From an uncultured Chloroflexia bacterium (GTDB lineage: Bacteria > Chloroflexota > Anaerolineae > CG2-30-64-16): a stretch of 64,000 nucleotides of DNA. Below are positions 8,638-18,665 of the stretch, piece by piece. The notes below the pieces were generated by a model. The model saw only the letters and a program-made list of their open reading frames with translations. It made no database searches and had not been told where the DNA came from. Each line of letters starts with the position of its first letter. Position 1 is the first letter of the stretch. The translations under genes and the position numbers were made by a program. The DNA lies in contig CAVZDU010000002.1 of assembly GCA_963774265.1 (NCBI GenBank), positions 672,001-736,000 of the forward strand. The letters are read 5' to 3'.

Positions 8638-11062
8638 TCACGGCCGATTGTGTTTGGTAGCGGTCGCGACCCAGTGGCGGGTGGAGACACCCCGCACCAC
8701 CAGAGGCAAGTAAACGAGGCGCCTCTCTTTCACGCTGATATAAGCGGCTTTCGTCTCGCTGTCGCTGCCGCCCAGGCCACTAACCGTAAGGGTAGGGGTA
8801 TAGATCCCCGGAACCGTGTAGGTGTGAGTGGGGTTGCAGTTGTTGCTTCCAGGGCTGCCGTCGCCAAAGCTCCAGGCGCAGGTGTCATGGGTGCCGGTGG
8901 AGAGATTGGTAAACACGACCGACAGTGGAGTCGATCCGGCCAGCGGCCACGCACTGAACTCTGCCACCGGTTGAAGCCGCCAATTCACCCTATTGCTAAC
9001 CGCCCCATCCAGGTTGTTGACCACCCTCAGGTCCCCTATGCTGCCGCTGAACTGGTTGGCGGACATGCCGCCGCGGACCTCGTTATCATGCACTCCGCTT
9101 CCCGCACCGCCAACAATCTCTGCCCCGTACTGCGCGCCAGCGGTTGAGTTGAGCGTGAGCGAGATGTTTTCGACCGTGTTGGAATAGACCTGCCGCGTTC
9201 CCGTTCGCAGCCAGGCCACCTACCACATACAGGCTCTTGGCCTCCGGGCTGGTAGAGATCGCTGTCACCCTGTTATTGCGCACGATGAGATTCGCCACGC
9301 GGTTGCGGACCGCCACCGTGTCCTGTTCTACTCGGGCGCCATAGACCCACATGCCGATTTCCCGAAAGCCTTCCACGGCGTTGTCGGTAATGGTTAAGTC
9401 GCTCACCCAGTTATCGCTGAGGCCGGCTACGCCTTGTTCAGCGCTCCTTTCAAAACCGTTGCCTACCACTATGCCGAGGCCGGTGTTGCTTATGGTGTTG
9501 CCGTGCAGCAACACGCCGGACACCCCATTGTGGTGGTTTCCGAGATCGCTCGTCCCGGCAGCCCCAATAATTCGGATGCCGCGGTCCAGGTTGGCGATGG
9601 TGTTGTGGGTCATGGTGATCGATTCGACGGTGTTGGAGAAAACGTGACCGTTGGCACCGTCGGGGTTGATTTCACCGCCGACCAAGTGGATGCCGGTATT
9701 GTCGGAACTGCCAGCTGCGCCCTCGACCCGGTTACCGGATATCAGGATATCGCGGAGCACATTCCCCTCCACTTGCGCCATACCATTGGTCATGCCACCG
9801 TTCAACCAGATGCCGGTACGCCAATTGGACACGCCCAGGATGGTATTGCTCAGCACCTCTACGTGTTCCATCAGATTGTTGACGTTGCCTACACCACCAT
9901 AAGTAATCTCATCGCCGCCGGCTCCCAGGCTAATACCCCGCGCAGTGTGAACAAGCAGGTTGTTGCGGATGGATATGGATGAAATGGAATTGTCGTGGGT
10001 AGCCTGCCCGTCGGTGTCATGGATCTCGGCTGCCGTAACCAGGGTGATGCCGCCGCCGTTGACCGAGTTGCCCACAATCTCGACGTTTCGCACGTGGCAA
10101 TTACCGTTGCCCATGTTGGCGGCATGAAGCTTGATTTGTCCCACAGTGTTACCCGAGATCACCACATTGGAGACCAGGCCGCCATCCGAATAACCCGGGG
10201 GAGAGCCTGGCAGGTTGGTGTCACAGGGGTTGAATACGATACTGTCGCCCACCTGGTTGTTGACGACGGTCATGGACAGGATGCGGTTATTGTCGAGGCC
10301 ATCGGCGCCGGCGTAGAACAAGAAACCGCCGTCGATCCCGAGCTGGTTATTGGCGAAGGTGAAATTCTGCCAGGTAATATTGGACGCACCCTGGTTCCAC
10401 CCCAACGGACCGACCATGATCGCCGTCCTCGCGCTGAGGATGTTGTTCGAGATCACGTTGCCTGAGATCACATTGCCCGAGATGATGGCGCTGGCTCCCG
10501 AGTAGCCGTTCGGTACCGGAAAATCAATGCATGGATCGCATTCCGTCATCTTGAGGCCGGTCACCAGGTTGTCATCCGACCAGATCGAGAGCCCCTTGCC
10601 GATTGCCGAGCCGTGCAGGGTGATGTCCGGAACGCCGTCGTGGTTCCAGTCGCCATTGAGGGTCAGGCCGCTGCCCAGGAGAAAAGGAAAGAAGCTGCCA
10701 ACGCCCAAGGAGATGACGGCGCCGGACAGGCCGGGAGAAAAGGTGATGGTTTCTGGCCCGGCATCGTTGTTCGAAGCCAGCACTGCCTCTCGCAATGAGA
10801 CCCCGTCGGCGCCGGGGTTGGCCAACAGGTTGGCCACGCTGGAGGTGTTGCCATTCTCCACGTCGCTGGCATTGGTCACCATGATGACCGGGTTGTCAGC
10901 AGGAGCTTCTGGTTTGGTATCCGAGGCGGCGAAACTGGCCGCGCGCACCGGGCTGGCTTGAGCCGCCAGAGCCAGGAGGCCGAATAGGGCAAACAGGGCG
11001 AACAGCGCACCGGCACAGGCCAAAGAGACCAGGGATAGCCGGGTGAATCGGGATTGGACCAT
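8638..11062 (-). CDS. Secreted right-handed beta-helix protein with C-terminal PKD domain and VYLPLV tail (frameshift ~9195)
   Basis: Signal peptide, DGVSLREAVLASN, many ISGN/ISNN repeats, WSFGDG...PTHTYTVPGIY PKD signature. Confidence 0.8.
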
Positions 11063-11181
11063 GAGCATAGACTCCTTATCGCGGACCTCGCGGGACCAAA
11101 CGACTCTGACGGCCGCGTGGCTCAGCGCGAATCCGCTCGATCGCCAGGTACGGATGGAATCTGACAAATGGAGGGTTGCGA

Positions 11182-11476
11182 TAAGCCAACACTGCGAAAG
11201 GCCGGAAGCCCCTTGAGCAGATGCACGACAGGCTGCACGTAGGGTGTTTTGGAGACAGATGGCAGACTGGTTGGGCTATGGAAGCCTATGGCAACGTAGG
11301 TATTATCGCACAGAGATCGGCAATCGTGAAGCGGCGCGCTAAATCCGGTCGTTCTCCGGCGGCGGATCGTAGATGACGATCTCCGGGCCGGCGTGGCCGT
11401 CCTCGTCGGCGAGCCGCGCGGTCCAGTCGTAGCCATCGCGGATCACCTCGACCACGCTTCAGCCGGGTGGCAGCTT
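11182..11476 (-). repeat. Promoter/leader module copy 2 (gene-end remnant + promoter + leader)
   Basis: Aligns with 13662..13983; encodes VVEVIRDGYDWTARLADEDGHAGPEIVIYDPPPENDRI*, then TTCACG-17-GATAAT. Confidence 0.85.
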
Positions 11477-11705
11477 TGGAGAACCAATACCAGAGCGCAC
11501 ACAGCGAGTTGCGGTTGGTCATTATTGTATCATCGCGTGAACCAGGCACCAACCGGCACGACTGGCGGGGAGTTGTGCGACGCCCACAAGGGGATCATGA
11601 CGTGAACCTCAAAAGCTGGACACAGCGTACGGCAGGACATGGCTGTGCTATACTCACTGCAGAATCTGCGGTCGTCACTCGCAATAACGAGTCAGGAGTT
11701 GAAGT

Positions 11706-12236
11706 ATGGGGATCACAAAAATCAAGATCAATCGTGCCCCTGTGTTGACGCTGTGGGCCGTGGTCGTGGCAGAGCGGTTGGGCTACGAGAAGGACACTGC
11801 CTTGACTCTGGGCAAGGCCGTTGCGGCACTCAACGCGCAAGCCAAAGGCCGGCGATTAGGAATCTACGAAGCGAAGACCGAAGCCGAGAAGGCGGAAGAC
11901 CGAGGGAAAGAAATGCCTGTCGGGGTGGAGTACATCGATATCCTGGGGCGAGGCATTCCAGCCATCAGGACACCGCAGGGGCTGCGCGCCGCGATCGACG
12001 GGGAAGTGATCCGTGCCGAGAGCGTCGAGACATATCTCCAGCAGAAATTCGGAGCTGATCTCGACGAAACGCGTACCGCAATGCAGACGCTGGCAAAGGC
12101 ACATGCGCCAACAGAACTGGCAAGCAGAGCGTACGAGCTCTACGAGAAGTTCCGCCCAAAGATTCCAGAAGGAACGAGAGGTTGGGGTGCAAAGGGCGAA
12201 CTGGATTTGGACTTCATCCGCTCACTGGCAAAATAG
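11706..12236 (+). CDS. Conserved hypothetical protein
   Basis: 176-aa ORF with AGGAG RBS; IKINRAPVLTLWA...GWGAKGELDL. Confidence 0.8.
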   Translation: MGITKIKINRAPVLTLWAVVVAERLGYEKDTALTLGKAVAALNAQAKGRRLGIYEAKTEAEKAEDRGKEMPVGVEYIDILGRGIPAIRTPQGLRAAIDGEVIRAESVETYLQQKFGADLDETRTAMQTLAKAHAPTELASRAYELYEKFRPKIPEGTRGWGAKGELDLDFIRSLAK

Positions 12237-12276
12237 GCTCAGATAGGCAACAATCCATTTTCGAAAGGAAGAGTGC

Positions 12277-12786
12277 ATGAATTTCCTCGATCTGATCTCC
12301 GCGCGCTACAGTGTGCGCGCCTATAAGCCTGATCCCGTCCCCGATGCGCTGCTGGCACAGGTACTGGAAGCCGCCCGCCTTGCGCCTACCGCCGCCAACC
12401 GCCAGCCCTTCGTGCTGATCGTGCTGCGCACGGCGGACCGGCAGGCCGAGCTCAAGCGCGTTTACGGCCGGGATTGGTTTGTGCGCGCACCCCTGGTGAT
12501 CGCGGCCTGCGGCGCGCCGGACCAGGCCTGGGTGCGCCGCGACGGCAAGAACTATGTGGATGTCGACGTGGCAATCACCCTGGATCACCTGATCCTGGCC
12601 GCTGCCGACCTGGGTCTGGGCACCTGCTGGGTTGCGGCCTTCGACCCCGCGGCAGCTCGCGAGGTCTTGGGCTTGCCGGACTCGGTGGAACCCATTGCTT
12701 TCACACCCCTGGGCTACCCGGCCGATGTTCTCCGGCCCAAGGAACGAAAGCCATTGGCCGACCTGGTGAGGTATGAACACTGGTAA
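12277..12786 (+). CDS. Nitroreductase family protein
   Basis: RYSVRAY, ARLAPTAANRQP, LGLGTCWV, LGYP. Confidence 0.93.
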   Translation: MNFLDLISARYSVRAYKPDPVPDALLAQVLEAARLAPTAANRQPFVLIVLRTADRQAELKRVYGRDWFVRAPLVIAACGAPDQAWVRRDGKNYVDVDVAITLDHLILAAADLGLGTCWVAAFDPAAAREVLGLPDSVEPIAFTPLGYPADVLRPKERKPLADLVRYEHW

Positions 12787-13094
12787 GGGTTGCCCATGAG
12801 CCAGGGCTCGCCTTGGGGGGTGCGGCGAATGCCCGCGCTGCCGGCTGCAGATCGAAGAGGCGGCGCGGGAGGTAGCGGTTACGGGCGAAGAGCGTGACGT
12901 GATCGACCAGGTGGCGGAGTGGCTGGATCATGCGGAGGAGGTGCTGCTCACCACCACCCCCGCTGCGTCCCGCAGCTCGAGGTGGCTTCACATGTGCGAC
13001 GAGTCTATGTTTCGGTACATGTCATGCACTTCAAGAATTTCGGGTGGCGCTCAGTAAACTGTGTTTAACGTGTGTCAAGCGTTTATGGCTGCCT

Positions 13095-13535
13095 TTAGAC
13101 CGGATCACTCCGGCATGCGTAGACTCGTGCGCGCATCCGCAGCCGCGCGCCGTCAATCAGCCCCTCCAGGATACAGAACGTCGCGTTGAGCCAACGATAT
13201 GATTCCGCCTCCGCCTCAAAGATAACACTGAGCAGTTGTTTGCCTTGCTCCTGCTCAAAGACTGTCCGACCCTGGAGCGTAAACATGATGATAGCGTTAT
13301 CTTGCGTCACAATGACCCCATGTGCATCAGGTAACATGGTGCCATCACTCCGACGATGCGGGTGGTTCACCCACCGTACCGAGCCCTGTATCTGAGGACC
13401 GGTCACGATCCCATCGCCTTCTCCATATCCGGTGCCTTCCTCGCCACCGTAGGGACGTACAAGCAGAAATTTGTTGGCATAGAGCGGCTCCTCGCGGTAG
13501 ATCAACTCCATATCGCACACGTACTCAAGTTGCAT
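13095..13535 (-). CDS. DUF3237-like beta-barrel protein
   Basis: GGAGG RBS before ATG 13535; G-rich strands, YRWLNATFCILEG C-terminal motif. Confidence 0.65.
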   Translation of the reverse strand: MQLEYVCDMELIYREEPLYANKFLLVRPYGGEEGTGYGEGDGIVTGPQIQGSVRWVNHPHRRSDGTMLPDAHGVIVTQDNAIIMFTLQGRTVFEQEQGKQLLSVIFEAEAESYRWLNATFCILEGLIDGARLRMRARVYACRSDPV

Positions 13536-13661
13536 CGCTGCACCTCCACATGGCATTGAAACGCGCGACCTATGGGGTAAGAATGTGATCCCGCCACATA
13601 TCCTGCACCGGTCGACGATTGACTCGAATTCGCGGGTAACGCGCAAATGCCAGAGTCGCCC

Positions 13662-13983
13662 TAAGCCAACACTGCGGAAGCCCGGAAGCTCCTTGATAGG
13701 ATGCACGACAAGTTGCGCACGGTATGTCCTAAACCAGGTGGCCGACTGGTTGGACGACGAGAGCCCAAGGCTACGAGGGCATTATCGCGCACAATTCGGT
13801 GCTTGTGAAGGGGTGCGCTAAATCCGGTCGTTCTCCCCGGGCGGCTGATGGTTCGGGTTCTCCGGCGGCGGATCGTAGATGACGATCTTCGAGCCGGCGT
13901 GGCCGTGCGCGTCGGCGAACCTCGCGGTCCAGCCATAGCCGTCGCGAATCACCTCGACCACGGTCCATCGGGGCGGCAGCTTT
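13662..13983 (-). repeat. Promoter/leader module copy 3
   Basis: Aligns with 11182..11476; remnant peptide extends upstream to GKCFRCTATIRARL; TTCACA-17-GATAAT. Confidence 0.85.
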
Positions 13984-14061
13984 GCGGTGACGGCTTCCAG
14001 CCGGGCGCGGATGGTGGCCGTGCACCGGAAGCACTTCCCTACGTTTCGCCGGCTCTTCGAA

Positions 14062-14646
14062 TCAATAGCTGGCGCGCGCTACGATCAGGTTTGCGTCTTC
14101 TTTGCGGCACCACTGGAACACATCGCTGATCGTGTCCGCGGTTCGGATGATGAGCATGGCGCAGACCTGTGCGGGGCCGGGCTTGAATAAGGCCTGGTCA
14201 TAGGCCCAGGTCGCAGCGGCAAATTGCTCGGCCCGCCCTGAGCAACGACCCTGCGTCCTACCCTTCGCCAACGCACCGGTCGAGCTCTGGGTTACATTGG
14301 TCTGGACCTCGTAATCGTCGCCCTTCGTGCAGGCCAGGTGGCCGGTCGCGACGATCTTGCGTCCGTTCTCGCTAAGAACCAGGGGGGTGTTAAGGCCTGG
14401 GTCGGATATGACGCGCCGGGCGCTAATGGTTGTCAGGCGGTTTGAGACCAACTGGAGTTCGCCGTTCCGAGCGGTAGAGTACCGGTCTTGTTGCGGGTCT
14501 GCCGCTGGTCCTGCGTGACCAATCTCATTGAGTTGCAGGCCGGGAATGGAAGCGCCGGACGCACTCCAGACTGTCAGGCCCAGCAGCGCGAGCGCCACGA
14601 GCGCCAGCGCCGCCGCGGTCCCCACACGAAAGATGTGAATTCGCAT
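14062..14646 (-). CDS. Secreted hypothetical protein
   Basis: GGAGGAGAGG RBS, signal peptide, four spaced Cys. Confidence 0.75.
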   Translation of the reverse strand: MRIHIFRVGTAAALALVALALLGLTVWSASGASIPGLQLNEIGHAGPAADPQQDRYSTARNGELQLVSNRLTTISARRVISDPGLNTPLVLSENGRKIVATGHLACTKGDDYEVQTNVTQSSTGALAKGRTQGRCSGRAEQFAAATWAYDQALFKPGPAQVCAMLIIRTADTISDVFQWCRKEDANLIVARASY

Positions 14647-15005
14647 CTTACCTCTCCTCCAGGTAGTACAATTGAGCGGCTGGCGCGCTCAGATCCATCA
14701 TAGTAGAAGCAAGTTAAGTCCACGCTCTCAGCAAGGTGCAGTAGCCCAGAACCCCAATCCTATCCGGGTGCGGTCTGCCTGCGACAGGTGTAAGGGGGAG
14801 GCGTTACAGGCGGCGGACGCAACGTATTCCTGGTTGTCCTCGAAGACGGCCGGATCGATGGGCATCGCGAAGGTGGGCAATGCGCTCATTGCCGCCATCG
14901 ATTTCGATCATAGAGGAAAATCGGCTCCAGTGGACTCGACAAGAAGTTGTGCAAGAAGTGATACAGACGCCGGGATCTGAGGTCCGGACCTTCAGGCTGA
15001 CCCTA

Positions 15006-15054
15006 TTGACAGGCAGGATAGGATATGCTAAAATATAAATCGAACGTTCGATTT
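15006..15054 (+). promoter_or_regulatory. TetR operon promoter and operator
   Basis: TTGACA-17-TAAAAT followed by perfect 18-bp palindrome AAATCGAACGTTCGATTT (15037-15054). Confidence 0.85.
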
Positions 15055-15070
15055 GTTTACGAGGAATACC

Positions 15071-15685
15071 ATGCCAAAAGTCAGTGAGGAGTATTCGCTA
15101 GGTCGTCGGCAGCAGATCATCGATGCAGCCTACCGGTGCATTGCGCGGAAGGGCTTCGGCCAGACGACGATGCGCGATATCTACGAAGAGGCGGGGCTCA
15201 GCCCTGGGGCCGTATACCATTACTTCGAAAGCAAGCACGACATCATTGCTGCCAGTTTCAGCTTCGATTACGAGCGCAGCCTCAGCCTGTTCGCGGCTGC
15301 CGAGCAAAGCGACGATCCGCTGACAGCACTGAACGAGTTGCTGAGCTTCCTCTTTCACGGCCTGCAGGAAGCGGCCGCGATCGGCGCGAGCCGGGTGAAC
15401 GTTCAGGGCTGGGGTGAGGCGCTCATCAATCCTGCACTGCACGAGACGGTCAAGAAGGTGCTGGGCATCTACCGGGACATCACGGCCCGAATCGTTCGGA
15501 AGGCGCAGGCAAACGGTCAACTAGATCGCGCGGTGGACCCTGCCGCACTCAGCAGCAGCTTGATATCCCTCTACTACGGTCTGGAACTGCAGCTGGCCCT
15601 GGATCCGGGGATGGACGTGGACCGGTACGCCCACGCGGTCGGGGCCCTGCTCCGGCCGGTGGCAGACCCTGCCCGGAGTGGATGA
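15071..15685 (+). CDS. TetR/AcrR family regulator
   Basis: IIDAAYRCIARKGFGQTTMRDIYEEAGLSPGAVYHYFESK HTH. Confidence 0.95.
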   Translation: MPKVSEEYSLGRRQQIIDAAYRCIARKGFGQTTMRDIYEEAGLSPGAVYHYFESKHDIIAASFSFDYERSLSLFAAAEQSDDPLTALNELLSFLFHGLQEAAAIGASRVNVQGWGEALINPALHETVKKVLGIYRDITARIVRKAQANGQLDRAVDPAALSSSLISLYYGLELQLALDPGMDVDRYAHAVGALLRPVADPARSG

Positions 15686-15749
15686 AAGAACGAACACCCA
15701 GTGTTAGCTGCCAGCACACGGGACCCATGAATGTACAGGAGTCTGAGAG

Positions 15750-16244
15750 ATGGAAATTCCTATGGAGTCAATGGTTCAAGCTCGGGGGATACCTGATCGG
15801 GCCGCGTTGGTCGCGGGGCTGGAGGCCACGCGTAAGGCGTTTCACCGGCTGCTCGATAGCGCGTCTGGCGACCATTGGCGCGCCCGGAGCACTTCCAGCG
15901 CGTGGACGGTTGGAGAGGTTCTGGTGCACCTGACGTGGGCGCTTGAGCAACTGCCCCAAGAAGTGGCCATGGCCCGGCAGGGCAAAGGCATGTTCAACAT
16001 GCCGAAATGGATCGCGGATCCGGGCAGCTACTGGCTGATCCGCTGGCAGGCGCGCAAGAGCAGCCCCGAATCGGTTCGCCGGCGATATGATGCTGCGATG
16101 GACGCGGCGATCGCCGCGCTCGACTTGGTGCCAGACAGCGATTGGGGCAAGGGTGCTCCCTTCTACGGTCATGGCTTTCACACCGTCGCTCGGCTGTTTG
16201 AGGGCCCTGCGGAGCACCTCGCCGAGCACACGGGGCAGCGCTAG
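15750..16244 (+). CDS. DinB/YfiT-like family protein
   Basis: WTVGEVLVHL and C-terminal HLAEH metal-ligand pattern. Confidence 0.8.
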   Translation: MEIPMESMVQARGIPDRAALVAGLEATRKAFHRLLDSASGDHWRARSTSSAWTVGEVLVHLTWALEQLPQEVAMARQGKGMFNMPKWIADPGSYWLIRWQARKSSPESVRRRYDAAMDAAIAALDLVPDSDWGKGAPFYGHGFHTVARLFEGPAEHLAEHTGQR

Positions 16245-16289
16245 CCGAACATCAGGGCGCGTGTCATGTCGAGAGGATGAGGTGGCGTG

Positions 16290-17285
16290 ATGGCGGAAAA
16301 GGTATTCATCAGTACCACGGGCAGCGGTTTGGCGCGGGCGGAGTGCTCCGCCAGGGGCAGATGGGAGGTCGGAACAATGCTACCCGGGGTAGAGGTAGCC
16401 TCCCTCGCGGCTGATCCGCTGGACGAAGCAAGAGTCTATGCTGGAGCCCGGGGCCAAGGCATCCTTCGCTCCGATGATAGGGGGCGAACGTGGCAAGTTG
16501 TGGGCCGGCCACCCCGGGAGGTGATGGCCATTGCTGCAAGTCCCACGGAGAGGGATGTGGTGTATGCAGGGACCAAGCCCGCTCATCTCTTTGTTTCCAG
16601 GGACGCCGGTGCAAGCTGGGATGAACTGCAATCATTCCGTCGCATTCCCGGCCATTGGTTCTGGTTCTCTCCCGCAGAGAAACCCTTCACTGCATACGTC
16701 CAGGCCATTGCTTTATCGCCCACCGATTCGCGCCGCCTTGTCGTCGGTATCGAGGCGGGCGCGACGGTGATGAGCGCGGACGGCGGGAAGACGTGGACGG
16801 GCCACCGGCCGGGCGCCTTGCGCGACTGCCACACCCTCGCGTTTCACCCGACGGATGGCAACTGGGTCTACGAGGGGGGCGGGACCGGCGGCGGTGTTGC
16901 TTTCAGCCGAGACGGTGGGATCAAGTGGGTGCAGCCGGGAAAGGGTATGGATCGTCACTACGGCTGGGCCGTAACAGGAGATCGTGGCGATCCGGCGACC
17001 TGTTACGTTTCGGTCTCGCCCGGTCCCATGAAGGCACACGGCTACACGAACGCAGAAGCCTGCATTTACCGCTACGATGGCCACGACTGGCGCCGGCTCG
17101 CAGGCGGACTGCCCCAGCCGTTGACGTCTATGCCGTACGCGCTCGTCCCTGATAGGACCGAGCCCGGCGCCTTGCTGGCCGGGCTCGGCAACGGCGAGCT
17201 CTGGCAGAGCTTCGATCGTGGCGAGAGCTGGGTGCAACTGCCCGTGCAGCTACCGGGAATCCGGCGAAGCCTTGTGACTCTGTAG
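16290..17285 (+). CDS. BNR/Asp-box beta-propeller protein
   Basis: Repeated S-x-D-x-G-x-(T/S)-W boxes (SDDRGRTW, SRDAGASW, SADGGKTW, SFDRGESW). Confidence 0.85.
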   Translation: MAEKVFISTTGSGLARAECSARGRWEVGTMLPGVEVASLAADPLDEARVYAGARGQGILRSDDRGRTWQVVGRPPREVMAIAASPTERDVVYAGTKPAHLFVSRDAGASWDELQSFRRIPGHWFWFSPAEKPFTAYVQAIALSPTDSRRLVVGIEAGATVMSADGGKTWTGHRPGALRDCHTLAFHPTDGNWVYEGGGTGGGVAFSRDGGIKWVQPGKGMDRHYGWAVTGDRGDPATCYVSVSPGPMKAHGYTNAEACIYRYDGHDWRRLAGGLPQPLTSMPYALVPDRTEPGALLAGLGNGELWQSFDRGESWVQLPVQLPGIRRSLVTL

Positions 17286-17396
17286 GATTTCGTAGCAGAC
17301 ACTCCGCCTAAGTGCAAGGTCGCCCACGCCAACTGTCACTGCTCAGCGATAATGTCCGGGTTAACTGCTCAGGGAAAATGTCCGCATACTTAAACG

Positions 17397-18665
17397 ATGA
17401 GGACAATTACCTTGAACCCAGAACAACAGCGTAAGACGGAGATACTGACCCGCTTGGCGGCTGAGGCCCTGGACGTGGCGACAGCGGCTGAACTGCTTGG
17501 GGTTAGCACGCGGCAAGTCCGGCGTTTGCGGGTGCGTTTCCGCCAAGAGGGTATGGCGGTCGTCGTGCATGGTAGTCATGACCGGACGCCGGCCAATTGC
17601 ACCCCACCAGAAGTGGTGGCCCAGATTCTGGCCCGGGCGGGGCCGGGCGGCAAGTACCACGACCTGAACGTGTGCCACATGCAGGAGCTGCTGGCGCACG
17701 TCGAGCAGATCGTCATCGGCCGTTCGACGCTGGACCGCCTGCTGCGTCAGGCGGGCTTGCGCCCGTCGGTGGCCGTGGCTTCGGTGGTGCATCGTCGCCG
17801 CCGGGTCCGGCGGGCGGCCGAAGGCATGCTGCTGCAAATCGACGGCAGTCCGTTCGCTTGGCTGGAACAACGTGGCCCGAAGGCCAGCTTGATCGGAGCC
17901 ATTGACGATGCGACGGGGCAGGTACTCTTTCTGCTGTTTCGGCCAACGGAGGATCAAGTGGGCTATCTGCTCCTGCTGCGGACCATCGCCGAGACCTACG
18001 GCCTCCCCATGAGCATCTACCACGACCGCCACACGATCCTGCGCTCACCGAAACAGCCGACGCTCGACGATGAGTTGGCTGGCCAGCCACCCATGAGCCA
18101 GGTGCAACGCATGATGGCCGAATTGGGTATCGAGTCGATCACGGCCCACTCGCCGCAAGCCAAGGGCCGCATTGAGCGTTTGTGGGCCACGCTGCAAGAT
18201 CGTCTGACCAAGGAACTGCGCCTGGCGGGCATGACCACCTTGCAGGACGCCAATGCCTTTCTGCCCAGCTTCATGACGCGCTACAATGCCCGCTTCGCCA
18301 GACCAGCACACGATCCCGACAGCGCTTGGGTGCCACTGCCGGCCATCTTCGATCACGCCTATTACTTCGCCGTGCGCGAAACCCGCAAAGTGCGGGCCGA
18401 CCACTGCATTCGCTTTGCCGGTCAGTGGCTGCAACTCCTGCCCGCGCCGCCGCAGCCCAGCCTCGTTAGCCAGACGGTGACGGTGCATGTGGTGCCTGAA
18501 GGCGACATCTATGTCTACTACGGCCGCCAGCGGCTCACTTATCAGCCGCTCCTGGCCGCACCCGCCACCCGGCCGGCCCCAACCCCGGAGCCAGCCTGGT
18601 CCAAGCTGCCGGTTGAACCGCACGCCAAGGCGAAACAGCGGGCGTGGCTGTATGGCCAGCGCTAG
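17397..18665 (+). CDS. ISNCY (IS1202-like) DDE transposase
   Basis: HTH N-terminus, LLQIDGS, AIDDATG, YHDRH, SPQAKGRIERLWATLQDRL. Confidence 0.93.
   Translation: MRTITLNPEQQRKTEILTRLAAEALDVATAAELLGVSTRQVRRLRVRFRQEGMAVVVHGSHDRTPANCTPPEVVAQILARAGPGGKYHDLNVCHMQELLAHVEQIVIGRSTLDRLLRQAGLRPSVAVASVVHRRRRVRRAAEGMLLQIDGSPFAWLEQRGPKASLIGAIDDATGQVLFLLFRPTEDQVGYLLLLRTIAETYGLPMSIYHDRHTILRSPKQPTLDDELAGQPPMSQVQRMMAELGIESITAHSPQAKGRIERLWATLQDRLTKELRLAGMTTLQDANAFLPSFMTRYNARFARPAHDPDSAWVPLPAIFDHAYYFAVRETRKVRADHCIRFAGQWLQLLPAPPQPSLVSQTVTVHVVPEGDIYVYYGRQRLTYQPLLAAPATRPAPTPEPAWSKLPVEPHAKAKQRAWLYGQR

Noticed and set aside
12830-12960. Coding-like fragment RLQIEEAAREVAVTGEERDVIDQVAEWLDHAEEVLL
   Set aside because: Probably a gene remnant, but no start and no family recognised
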